From Bispira polyomma (taxonomy: Eukaryota): DNA of 64,000 nt. Positions within the stretch are counted from its first letter, which is position 1. Each line of letters opens with the position of its first letter. The translations under genes and the position numbers were made by a program. The notes under the pieces were generated by a model. The model saw nothing but the letters and a program-made list of their open reading frames with translations. It was not told where the DNA came from and ran no database searches. This document shows positions 49,425 through 60,994 of this stretch, in pieces. The DNA lies in contig OZ287752.1 of assembly GCA_965649765.1 (NCBI GenBank), forward strand, positions 17,484,001 through 17,548,000. The letters are read 5' to 3'.

Positions 49425-52400
49425 GTAAGTACTAACTAATCTAATTCTTTATATTCCGTATTTATAAAAGTTAATGTTAAAGTATATATTGAACTAACTA
49501 TTATGATTTATGCATAAAACTTTTAATAAATAATTACACTCACGACTTAAAATATGTGTGTAAAGATCTATAGAATTTAGATCATTTTCTTGAGATTTCT
49601 TTGTCTTTAATCAAATATCAATCCAGAGTTAGAGATTTTAGCAAATTGATTAGAACTTACATTTATGCTTTTATTATTGCTTCTTCAAAAATATTTGCCG
49701 TTAGGCTTCAGTTCCTTCTTTAAATATTATTTTCAATTGTTTGTGTGGAAAGCAAAACAACTTAGTGAACAACATATATGCAACTACTAAGTAATCATAT
49801 CATACATGTACATTAGTCAGGACAGCAAATTAGTAGTGTTTTATTTTCAGCTGCCAGTTGTCCTCATTCAAGCTATGAATATGACAGTGAAGAGTTTGCA
49901 GAGGCAGGAGGTTCATTTAATTTACAGTGTGGATCATTGGGTGAGGACACAGTAGTAATTTGGTCCTACCAATCTGGAACACTTCTGGTAAAACACAGCC
50001 TTCAGGGTGGTGACACTGGCGTTGTGTATACTAATGAAAGCATCTACCCCAGGACAAAGTACATTTACAGTGAGGTGGATTACTCACTGACTATACACGA
50101 TGTGGGACTAGAGGACCAGAATTGTTTTAGGTGTGCAACAAGTCCATCTAACAGACAAACTACAACTCTTGTTACACTTATAGGTATGTATGCAGCAACA
50201 AACTCTCTAATAATTACTTAATTCAATATATTTATTTGATTATGTATGTTCTAAGGAGATTTGGAGTGTATTAACATTTGAATATGTGGTTATTGTCCAC
50301 GTCTATATTTTTCTTTCAGTTACTCTCAGGGTGCCTGCATTTTTCAACTGACTTTGTAGTCTCATGTATTCTTAGCTGTATGGTTTTGATGTTATATTAC
50401 AGGTGAAGAAAGAAGAAAATTACCAATCATTCAATTATTACTATGGTTTATTATGATGTGCCTTAAGTATACTACTGTACAACTGGTTTCTGATATATTA
50501 TATATTGTGAATCCAGTATGAGTACAAAGGTTATATTTGGTCATTGTTGTGAATGTTTTTAAGTTTAAGCCAAGAAAAGAAAAAGAAAAACATCTCAAAA
50601 CTTAAGTAAATTTGACAATCTAGTTAATGCATTCACACCATTATCTGCCTCAGGCCTGTATAGGTACCTAATATGTCTAACAGGCAAACTATTTTGCCCT
50701 GTATATTCACTTAATATATCAGTGATAATTTGATATCACAAATAGATATAAAAAAGTGAGACAATATCAATAATGAGTAAGAAGAATCAAATCAGTGTCT
50801 GATATATGCACAAGTGGTGATATTAGTGATATCCTTGTATCCAACTGTAAATCGTTTTAAATCATTGGTAAAATTTCCATGTGTAGTTGTTGGTGCTTCT
50901 TTGTGCAGACTGGAAATCACTATTAAATTTTTTATGTGTAATTTGAGACACTTTTTTCAACCTGCCCATCCATATTAAATTTTACATCAATAACACAGTC
51001 ACAAAAGATTTCAATGGCCTCTAAGGCAAATTTACACAGTTTGTCTACTGTCCTACCCACAATAATATCTTTCACCTCATCATTGCTCAAGTCCAAACTG
51101 ATAAATGTTGTCTGGGGACTCTGACCAGCGACATACCTTCCACTCTCCAACCCCCAAACACAATTCTAATAAAGTGAAACTTTAAAAGAGTATGATAAGA
51201 ACAAGAACAACTGAAGTTCTGAAGGCTGCACACTATTGGCATTATAATATACCAGTGATACCTTGCTCACAGTCATATTCGATTTTATGCTATTTTTCAT
51301 TCATGACACTTACGCCATTTTCAACAAATTTGTTTTTGTTGTTTTTAGCCCATTTTGTCATACAGTTTAATCCCAAAAAATTGTTGTTAGAGACCATTGA
51401 TATCATCATTGTATTTTAATAATTATAGAATATGGGAAACAATTACACCCTTCCTAAACGCATGAATACTATATTGTCTGTTTAAATGTTAATATATATA
51501 TATATTATGAATCCCCAGCAGTCTGTCATTGTGACCTAGTGGGTAATCCACTCACTTGGGAATACAGTGCTTTAGTGCCAATCTGGGTCCAGCAGGTACA
51601 GGCAGATAAATAGTTGCTGGTGTATACCATGCAATTGGTCACTTGATCCAACTAAAATAGTTTCAGTGGGTTTTTTTATAATATCAACAAAATGTTCAGT
51701 TTATTGCATTGATGTTTTCATTTTGTGTTTAGTAAGACCAGACACACCCAGCTTCACAGTATTTACCACTTTTCAAGAAGGCACAATGGAATCTATCCAG
51801 TGTAAAGTATCATCTATCAAACCAGGGAAGGGAAGTATCCAGTTTACTGTCAGAGTAGATCCAGACTTCAGTGTTGAGAGTTCAGACAGTGAGTTGTCAG
51901 AGGTAGAGGTAGACTCTAATACAGGAGCTGTGTCAGTGAGTTACACAACAGAGATCAGACTACAGAGAAAACACAATGGACAGGATACAGTGTGTGAAAT
52001 AGAGTGGAGAGGAGAAACTTTTATTTCTAATACACAACAGGCTGATGTTGAATGTAAGTAGTATATACATATGGTAGGTTACATTATGTAGCTAATCCTT
52101 TGAAATAGTAAATATTGCTAATTAATTAAGTAACCTTTGTTCAACAGTAATATATGGTATTGTAGCATTATAATGTAGCTAATTCTTTGAAATAGTAAAT
52201 ATTACTAATTAATTAAGTAACCTTTGTTCAACAGTCATATATGGTATTGTAGCATTATAATGTAGCTAATTCTTTGAAATAGTAAATATTGCTAATTAAT
52301 TAAGTAACCTTTGTTCAACAGTCATATATGGTATTGTAGCATTATAATGTCATTATTCTACAGTCATTTATTAAAATGAAATGTTACTGGTAGCTGTATT

Positions 52401-55400
52401 AATACAATCACGAAAATGTAAAATATGTATGCTGGATTCAAAACATATATTATCCCTTGAATCAAAAGGATACTGGAGAACCTTGTTTTCAATGATAACA
52501 TATATTCCCGCCCAAAGGAATCTCTACTTACAAGCACCCTAGGTACTGTATTTAGAGTACACAGTTTTGGGATTTAAATTTAATAAAACGGCCAAAATGG
52601 GTTACAATATATATATACACACAATATCTTAGGGTGACAAGTCAGTTTTCAGTATATATCCTCCCACAGAAAACCACTCACACACATAGACAAATATATG
52701 TGATGACTAAAAAGCCTGATCACAAGGGTATCCTGATGTTTATTTGGTGAAATTATCAATACTTTCTTAACTAAATAATAAATAAACAAAAATAATCATG
52801 AGCACATGGGGATGTTTGGGTGTTTAGATAATACTGAATGATTTCAAGTGCGAAACAAACAAGAACAGTTCATGAAAAAAAAACAGAGAAGAGCCGTGGG
52901 GCAAGGCTACTGAATGAAGTAGTCCTATATCCTGGTGGTTTTTATCTTTGAAAATGTAAACATATAGCCAGCACAACAAATGGGGGGCAGAGGGGAGGGC
53001 ACAGCTGTGATTCTGGCATGACTTTTTGAAGCGTCTCCCCCAAATGGACATTTTAAAACTAAACAATTGAAAACTGCATGAAAATGTTCAAATAATTATA
53101 TATCAAAACATTTCATTGTTGTAAAGTACTTGCCACCAAAACAAAATGTGACATCAGTACTTACAGCTCTTGCATTATAATATATCCCGTAGATATTTAT
53201 CATTGTATTTCCAAAGACAAGCAACACACATTAAAGGCTAGATCTTATCAATTTATCTTGACAGATATTTGTAACACATTTCTTCCGGGTGTGATTAGAA
53301 CTGGGTATCTTGTTTTGCTGCTCCCTTGCACCAGTCTTACTGTGGGCTTTTTAGACTGATGCTGGGCTAGAAAATATAGGGAATATTTATGGGTTTTGGC
53401 TTAGAGAAAGACGGATTGCATGTAGGGACACTAAAAGACAACTTATGTGGCATTTAAAGATGTGCCAGTCCCATTCTATTATGAGAGCCTTTAGGGCCTG
53501 CATCCTAATAGTATATTTATCAGTTTTCCTTATATTAGAATAACACATGTTGACAATAAGTATATTCCTACACCTTTATATGCTAATATGAGGGTGGGGT
53601 TTCCACTAGCTGAGAAGTGTTCAAACTGTAAGGGACGTGTGTAAAGTGGGCAGTGGCCTTTACGTGACTGTGTTATACACTGTGGGAATATTCTGGCAGT
53701 TGTTTTTTTAAAGATACAGCCACGGTGAATTAGCTGACCCTATTACACGCTGGTCTGCTAATTTAATATATAGTCCATCACCATTTAAAATTTGATGTTT
53801 GTGGTTTCAGTAGCTAAACCTTGCCTTAATTAAAATTAGATTGCATAGGTTTCCATTCAGTTATGGGGACTCATTATTTGATGTTCAATGTTGGATAACT
53901 ACATGCATTCCCACCAAATTTAAACACCATATTTATATAGTTCTCACTACCTCAACGACTGTCATGTCCTTACCTACTGGTACAGCTGTGTTTGTGTGGA
54001 GTAAAGATAATGATCCAGTAACACCACATGTATCCCATCTAATTTAAGCACCACATTTTGTAGTTTCTGCAACCTCAGTCACCATTACTTCCCCCTACGA
54101 TGGGCCAGTGTCTGAGAACACATATGTGTATTATAAATACTTTGTGTTAATTATTTTAATAAAAAAAGTAAGACAGTTTATATATATCAGTCAGAATCTC
54201 GTCCAGAAATGAATAAGAATTAAAAGATGAGAGTTAACGACTTGGGAATCTATTTTATTATTCTCTAAAGGTTAGTGATAACATAGGTTTACAAACATGA
54301 GGAATTTAAAGCCCCAACATGGTATACTAATAAGATACTAAAACACATAAAACATCTTATAAAACAAGTTAGTGGTACAACACCAACATCAACTGCTAGT
54401 TCAATACTAAAACCCATAAAACATGTAAACAAGGGTTGGTGATGCAACACCAAGCAAGGGTGGGTGGGATTCAAATCATTTAACATAAAAGTTCAATATA
54501 ATGAGGTGGAGGAGCGATGCAGCTACTTATATAGTGGGTGGTCAGCCCCTATTGGTCAAGAGTGGACGAGTCCAAATTTGGACCAGGCGATTTTGACTGA
54601 AGGTAATAAGCTTTGCGTTTATTACCCCCACAGTCAGAATAAGAATTAAAAGATGAGAGTTAACGACTTGGGAATCTATTATATTATTCTCTAAAGGTTA
54701 GTGATAACATAGGTTTACAAACATGGGGAATTTAAAGCCCAAGCCCAAAACAGCATTTATGTAGAGGAATTTACCAAATGTTGGAAGGTGAGAGGGACAG
54801 TGTTAGTTTGAGAGGTATTGGAGCTAATGTAAGACCAGACTGCATCACTCCTCCATGTACCATGCATACGGATGCTGTCCATATCTACATTCGCATCGTA
54901 TGCCAACGTCGCTGCAGAACGACGAAACGTGTGGAAGCCATGCCCTAACAGAGGCACTTCCATGATTCTTAAAATTGAAGCTAACCTGCGTCTAAGCATA
55001 GACTGCGTCAATATTTCATAGTGATCAGTCAAGAATAGAGAATAAGCTTTGCGTTTATTACCCCCATATACATCATTATGTATGTATAATACATTTCATA
55101 TATTGTTACTTCTGAATAAATTGTTAGATTCATTAAACTAAGAAGGGAACTTAATATCAGTGCAACAAATATATGTACATGTAATATAAAATTTCAAAAC
55201 ATTTGTAAGAAAACAAAAGTATCGAAGACTGTTGCCTTATGTCTGAAAACAGTTACCTTTGTACGATCAGTTCACAAGTCAAAAAGACATTCTAGCAACA
55301 GTTTATCATATGATTCTCCTTAGCTGTGAAAGATCTGGCTCATGAGATTTGCTGCCTCCGCACTTGCCTGTTTTAGGAACAAGCTCAAACCTACCAATTG

Positions 55401-58400
55401 AGGAAGGCTTTTCCACCTTAGGCGACTCAACTTTTTCCTCCATCTCCGCGGTCATGACCTCTGTATGTTCAATGGCTACATGAAATTGACAAATGATTTT
55501 CTGTCTCATGCACCTTAGAATCTTCTAGATCAGAGATAAGCACTATACATTAGATTAGACGAGATTTATAATGCGAAACAATTGATACTGATACTTATAA
55601 TATGTCTATGTTTTTATATTCATTTTGTTTCATGTTTAAACATGGTGACTTTGCAAATTTAATTGTGTGACTCTCACAAATCAGGTCTACAAACTATCAC
55701 AATGGTTAATATAACATATATATTTATTTATTGCCTCTTTATTTTTTCAGTTCCGCTTAATGTTGCAGTCATTCAAAATTCGTCACATTTTGTGTCAGAA
55801 GCCTCAAGTCTGACCTTGACCTGTGAAGCTACAGGAGGTAACCCACCTGTAGTGCTGTCTTATAGCTGGAGTTTTGTAGCTCGGTATGAGGATAGCAGTG
55901 AGCTGAGTAGTGACACAGAGAAAGTGTTGGAGCTTGACGGTGTAGATTACAGACAGGCTGGAGTGTACAAATGTGAGGTGACTAATGGGCGAGGTGTGAA
56001 CAGTGGGAGTAAAGAAGTACTTGTACAATGTGAGTAATCAAGTATTGTAATAGTAAATATAGTAGAGTTTGACATGGTACACACGGGTCCAAATTGATAT
56101 TATATTATAACAAATGATACATACGGCATGATATTCATCAAATAAACAATAATAACATATAAACTTGTCTCATGTAACAGTTGTTATATTGCAAAGGCGG
56201 TAAATTGTTCCACTTTGTGTTTACATAACATACAATACATGATGGTCATTTACGTTTCCTATTTATTGGTACATAATGTTAATGTATGTACTTTGTCTCT
56301 CAATTTAGAAAGTTTATGGTAGACCATAAATTTTTTGTTAAAATTATTTCTGGTCATTTATCTCACAGTTTCCCCAATAGATGTGAGTTCACCCATACAG
56401 AAGGTCACATACACAAAAGTAAATAATAAGGCTTTACTAAACTGTACAGTGAAAGCTTATCCACTAGTCACTACTGATCATGTGGATGTCGTGTTTAATG
56501 GTTCTAAAATACCTAGTAACACTACCCATGTTCAGCCAGTGGAAGACAAAGTGGATGAAACTCTGATAGAGCTGACATTTGACCATGTTACAGTTGAGGA
56601 CTTTGGTCTGTATCAAGTTGTACTGAATAATGGTATAGGAGATGAAGTGGTGGTTGAACTACACTTGATTGAACAAGGTCAGTAATTGCTTTACAGCTAC
56701 AAAAAGTGTTTAGATTTGGAGCAATTATTAGTATAACAGGCACTTTTTATGAATATTTAACTACACAAAAAACAAAACTCTAATCGATAAAGGAAAAAAA
56801 AAGTTATATTAAACAACACTTTTAAGAAAGCCTAGGTGTCCAGTAATTCAGGCATATCCTCAGTTATAATATTTTACAGTCCAAGTGTTGTTTTATTTTT
56901 TAAATATATAGCAGTACATAGATTAAACATTCGAAAATCTTAAACCTCAAATATTCCATTGTTAGTAACTGCAAATATTCTTTGTTCTGTGTTTCTTTTT
57001 TATAGTTTAAAGTTATAACCTATAACTTAAGAATATTGTTAGAACTAAATATGAGTAAACATTAGTCAGGAGAGTTCACTTTTAGTTAACATATTCATGA
57101 TGAATCAAGTAGAGAAATATTGTAGGGTTATAGTATTTTGATACTTCACCTTTGGATTAGGTGGCAATTTTGCAGACAATGTTCAGACTATATCTCAAGA
57201 AGTACCAGATGTTTGTGATACCAAAAATCTCAAATATGTTATAGCTTAAAATCAGAAAGTGCATCACTGTTACCCATAATGTTAGTTACTTTACATTTAT
57301 TGATTATCTATTCATTTGCATATGTAATTTTTCCAGCTGTTCCAAAACCACCACATTCTTTGGTCTTTGAGTCAGTAACTGCCATATCAGTGACCCTCTC
57401 TTGGATTTCTGGTCAGAGTCGTGGTGCAGAACGAACCTTTACAGTGTATTACAGACATCAAGGGGACACCAAAATACTGTATCATGCTGGAATCCAGACC
57501 AGTGAAAATAGCAAAATAACTGTGTACAAAGTGTCCAGTTTATTACCTGATACAGAGTACTTTTTTAGAGTTAAAGCACAAAACCAATTTGGAGAGAGTG
57601 AACATCAGCCAGAGATATCAGTTACAACTTTAGGTACCTGCATATCTTTAGTTATGCCACCATTAATAATTAATAAGTGCATATTTTTGTCCAATGAGGT
57701 GTAAAATTTAAATATATTCTCCATATTGTTTGTATACAGTCAATATGCAACAATTGGAACTTCTAAAGCAAGGAGGCTGTCATATCTATGTATATTAAAG
57801 TTTGTAAATGCATATGTGGCATAGCAGCGAACACACATGCAGGAATGCAGATGTTTTGGGTTGAACCCCAGCTTGGGTGTCCCAGGTACAATTAATACCA
57901 CTTAAAATCGTGGTGCTCTGTTGTTTGGTTTATACCCAATGACTTTTAAAGAACCTTGGATATGTTGATATTGTCATTCTTAAGCTTTTGTCTTCAGTTA
58001 GTAGGATGACATGTACTGATGCTGGTTGGCTGTAGTTGAACAGTCATAAAAAATTGTTTGTTACACACTTTGAATACCAAACAATGGCAAATAAATGTAT
58101 TGGGTATACATATGAATCTAATACATATGACAATTCGAGATATTATATACCTTTTACTCATAATTTAGAGTCATATTTTCTACTTTATCTTAGGTCTACC
58201 ATCAGTGAAAGGGATATTAGAGGCAAAAATATATGGAGATGCTGTGATCTTGTACTGGGGATACATAGATGGAAACTACACAAGAGCTGCTCTATTGCAG
58301 TGTTACAATGGAAGAGAAAATTGTGTGTCCATATACCACATTACTGGTGTCAGTGTTGCAAGATATGCAGGAGACACTGCATATGATGGAGAGGAGTATT

Positions 58401-58921
58401 ACCTTGTGATATATCAGGATAATGATGAAGTAACAGCCCAGCAGTTTACTATGATTAACAAAAGTATGTTTACCTGTGAAAAAAACCCAGATCTTATAAA
58501 GTTTGTGTTCTGTTTGACATACCAGATTGTTATTTAGATCTGTAAGAATGTGGTCTGCTTTTCAGTTGTTAAAGTAACTGGACTGATAGCGGGACTAGTA
58601 ATCACATCCACCATGGTTAGTTTACTTACAGTTGCCCTAATTGCACTGATTGTGTACTACAGAAGGAGACAGAACCAACATGGTGACACTACTAAATGTT
58701 CTCCCGTAAGTAATAATATGGACAATTACTATATTTACCAGACTTAGATCAATGACAGTATGATTTGTGTGATATGTGTTTTCTTCTCTTTTAGAGAGTT
58801 TTCATTAGTTCCATTTAGTTTTTTTGTGACATGTTTTTATTTAAAGACATGTATATTTTTTAAGAATCAAGGTCCACGTACATCAAGAAATGTACCATCT
58901 AAACATGAAATCAACAACTAG
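49373..58921 (+). CDS. Gene C: paralog of gene B with 4 Ig, FN3, FN3-like, TM and a truncated Tyr-motif-free tail (candidate decoy receptor or young pseudogene)
   Basis: Exons 49373-49424, 49851-50183, 51733-52053, 55751-56029, 56369-56677, 57337-57633, 58194-58463, 58566-58705, 58865-58921(TAG); ancestral last exon at 59114. Confidence 0.83.
49851..50183 (+). CDS. Gene C Ig1 (V-set-like, 4 Cys)
   Basis: ttttcag| ASCPH..GGSFNLQC..VIWSY..DQNCFRC; G|gtatgt. Confidence 0.9.
51733..52053 (+). CDS. Gene C Ig2
   Basis: 321 nt, collinear with 30648-30968. Confidence 0.9.
52087..52347. repeat. 87-bp tandem repeat x3 in a gene C intron
   Basis: tgtagctaa..gaaatagtaaatatt..aacctttgttcaacag..gcattataa at 52087, 52174 and 52261; single copy in gene B (~30996-31085). 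Confidence 0.92.
54188..55066 (-). mobile_element. Miniature non-autonomous Ngaro-like element with split direct repeats (A1-YR fragment-B1-A2-B2)
   Basis: aataagctttgcgtttattaccccca at 55042-55066 and 54606-54630; ~105-bp repeat at 54637-54741 and 54211-54315; YR C-terminus FHTFRRSAAT..HGTWRSDAVWSY (54757-55032). Confidence 0.85.
55230..55560 (+). mobile_element. L2/CR1-group LINE 3' fragment (same family as 37170-37577)
   Basis: acgatcagtt.acaagtcaaaaagacatt, aggcttttccaccttag and ccttagaatc..agagataagc..(ttaga)n are shared. Confidence 0.8.
55751..56029 (+). CDS. Gene C Ig3 (equivalent to gene B Ig6)
   Basis: 279 nt; [19 protein letters not shown]. Confidence 0.9.
56369..56677 (+). CDS. 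Gene C Ig4 (equivalent to gene B Ig7)
   Basis: [24 protein letters not shown]; G|gtcagt. Confidence 0.9.
57337..57633 (+). CDS. Gene C FN3
   Basis: 297 nt, collinear with 38917-39213. Confidence 0.92.
58194..58463 (+). CDS. Gene C FN3-like domain with Cx5C
   Basis: [25 protein letters not shown]; A|gtatgt. Confidence 0.85.
58566..58705 (+). CDS. Gene C transmembrane exon
   Basis: VKVTGLIAGLVITSTMVSLLTVALIALIVYYRRRQNQHGDTTKCSP |gtaagt. Confidence 0.88.
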
Positions 58922-58975
58922 GAGATGACAAAACCGAAAGAACCAACACCACCAGCAGACTATACAGATTCGAGG
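58865..58975 (+). CDS. Gene C cytoplasmic exon with premature TAG (58919-58921)
   Basis: NQGPRTSRNVPSKHEINN*; the remainder EMTKPKEPTPPADYTDSR is collinear with gene B. Confidence 0.82.
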
Positions 58976-60488
58976 GTATGATCACTGTATAATTGATACT
59001 TATTCAAATGTAATAACTTAATGAGCAAAGATTTTTTAAATTGCTTTTAATATTTACAGATATTAATTTTATTCCGATACTTGATTTAAATCTGTACTAT
59101 ATTGTCATTGTAGCAAGTGACATATGAACTGAAGAATTGCTGCTTAAAACTTACAAATATACAGAAGAAGAAGTTTAACTGACATATACATAACAATGAT
59201 AGCAACTGTACATACTCAGATGTTAGAACATTTTTATAATATTGCATATTGCATGCACTTAAGTAATAACTGGACTTGAGTCTACTGTGTACCCCGCTCA
59301 TAGATTACAATATGTCTTCCATATACTTTACTAATTTTTGTTTAATCTTAATCTTAAAAAGTAATAATTTGCATGTATTGTTGTATAATCTTGATATTAA
59401 ACACTATTTTTGTCATTTTTATCCTGAAATATCCAGCACTCATATTTTAATATTTGTTGTACCAATTATTTGAATGTATTCATGAAAATATTTAGCAATG
59501 TATATAACCATAGTTATTGATGCTTCCGATTCTGGCTTCTGACAAATCATTAATTTAAATCATTAATTTAAAATCATTGGTAAACTGTGGTAGCAAGGAT
59601 TTATTTCAAAGTAAATATTGTAGTGTTCCAGTGTTACTTTTAACTGACACAAAACGACTTGAGTGAACTAATCATAGTACAACCCACAGAGAATCAAGTG
59701 GGCCATTTCACACCCAAAAGTCTATGAGATATAGGAGCATAGTGTTTGCAGTGGTTCAGATAAAACTTTAGAATTACCACCTAATCTCAGAATGGTTTAC
59801 ATGGAACATATAAAGTTGAAAGTATTGGTAAAAGCTTATTGCTCTTTTATACTTGCAACTTTGGTAACTCTGTCCAAGTTTGTAACCGCCCAGTGTATCG
59901 ATAATAGTTTTTGGTGATAACGTGTTATTGTAAGAAAAATTTGGTATTTACTGATATCGGTGAATCATTTTCAGAAACCCACTGAGTAAATTATTGGGCT
60001 TCTTATTGACGATTTATTGACCCATACATCATGCTGACTCCTTGTCCGTCTGAGGTTGTTTATTGCTGATATTATAAACCAAATTGTGACTGTACATTAG
60101 GCAAAATTGCAAGGAAAAAAACTTTGGGTAAAATTATCCATGAAAGATATCAGGAATACCAAATTATTGCTTGTGGATATGGAAGATATTAACTGCATGG
60201 CTATATTTCCCGGTCAAGTATGTTTATTTTTAAGCTTTGAGCTATATTAAATAATTTCTGGGTTTTGTTTTAATTAGATGGGGTGACCAATAATAGTCTT
60301 CGCTTAACATTTGATTTTACACTTTCAATATGTTAGGCCACTTCTAAGTATATTGGAGTATTTATTTACATTCATATGACATAAAAACAATATATACTAT
60401 ATACTATGTTAAAGATAAATATATATACTTAGGGCCACGCTAGCTTCATTCTTATATAATTTTACATTTACATTAAAAACTTTCTTAT

Positions 60489-60712
60489 ATGGTACCCTTA
60501 CAAAAAGTTAAGGTCACCTTAAACTTTCCCATTTGTTAAACTTACAAAAAGTTAAGGTCACCTTAAAATAATTTCTTCGGTAGCCTTTCTTAATCAGGTT
60601 GACCTTAAAATAAAAACACTTCATTTATGGTAACCTTAACTTGCATTGCAACTTAAGATCACCTTTTCTTCTAATATTTTTTACCAAATTTCTAAGCTAT
60701 GGTGGCCCTAAA
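60489..60712. repeat. Array of TTAAGGTNACCTTAA palindromes
   Basis: Perfect ttaaggtcaccttaa at 60508-60522 and 60552-60566, plus degenerate copies. Confidence 0.8.
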
Positions 60713-60994
60713 CTCAGTTCTTAAATATATGTAGACCCTAACATAGAATAAAAATACTATCCCAAACACTGCTTGTTATACAATGTGTTAACCAATTGTC
60801 AAGGTTAGACTGCAAGGTCACAATGTTCTCATATATGAGAGAAAATATTATCTATTGAATCACTAAGTTGTCATATATAAAAAAGCATAATGGTCTGGTA
60901 TTTGTTTTTTTGAATCATAATGGTCTCTTACAAATAAAACTCTTGATAAACCATAATGTTATCATATACGTGTTAATAACTTTTTATGATAATC

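Noticed and set aside
51525-51660. Degenerate tRNA-SINE-like heads here and at ~57817-57910
   Set aside because: Only A-box-like or B-box-like fragments, with no TSD or second copy in the window
52087-52347. CRISPR-like array
   Set aside because: Head-to-tail 87-bp units without unique spacers, in a eukaryotic intron
58566-58705. Gene C as an activating receptor coupling to an ITAM adaptor
   Set aside because: No Lys, Arg or Asp within the predicted TM helix
12250-59140. A single giant Dscam-like gene with alternative exon arrays
   Set aside because: Three separate signal-peptide exons, TM exons and terminal exons show three genes
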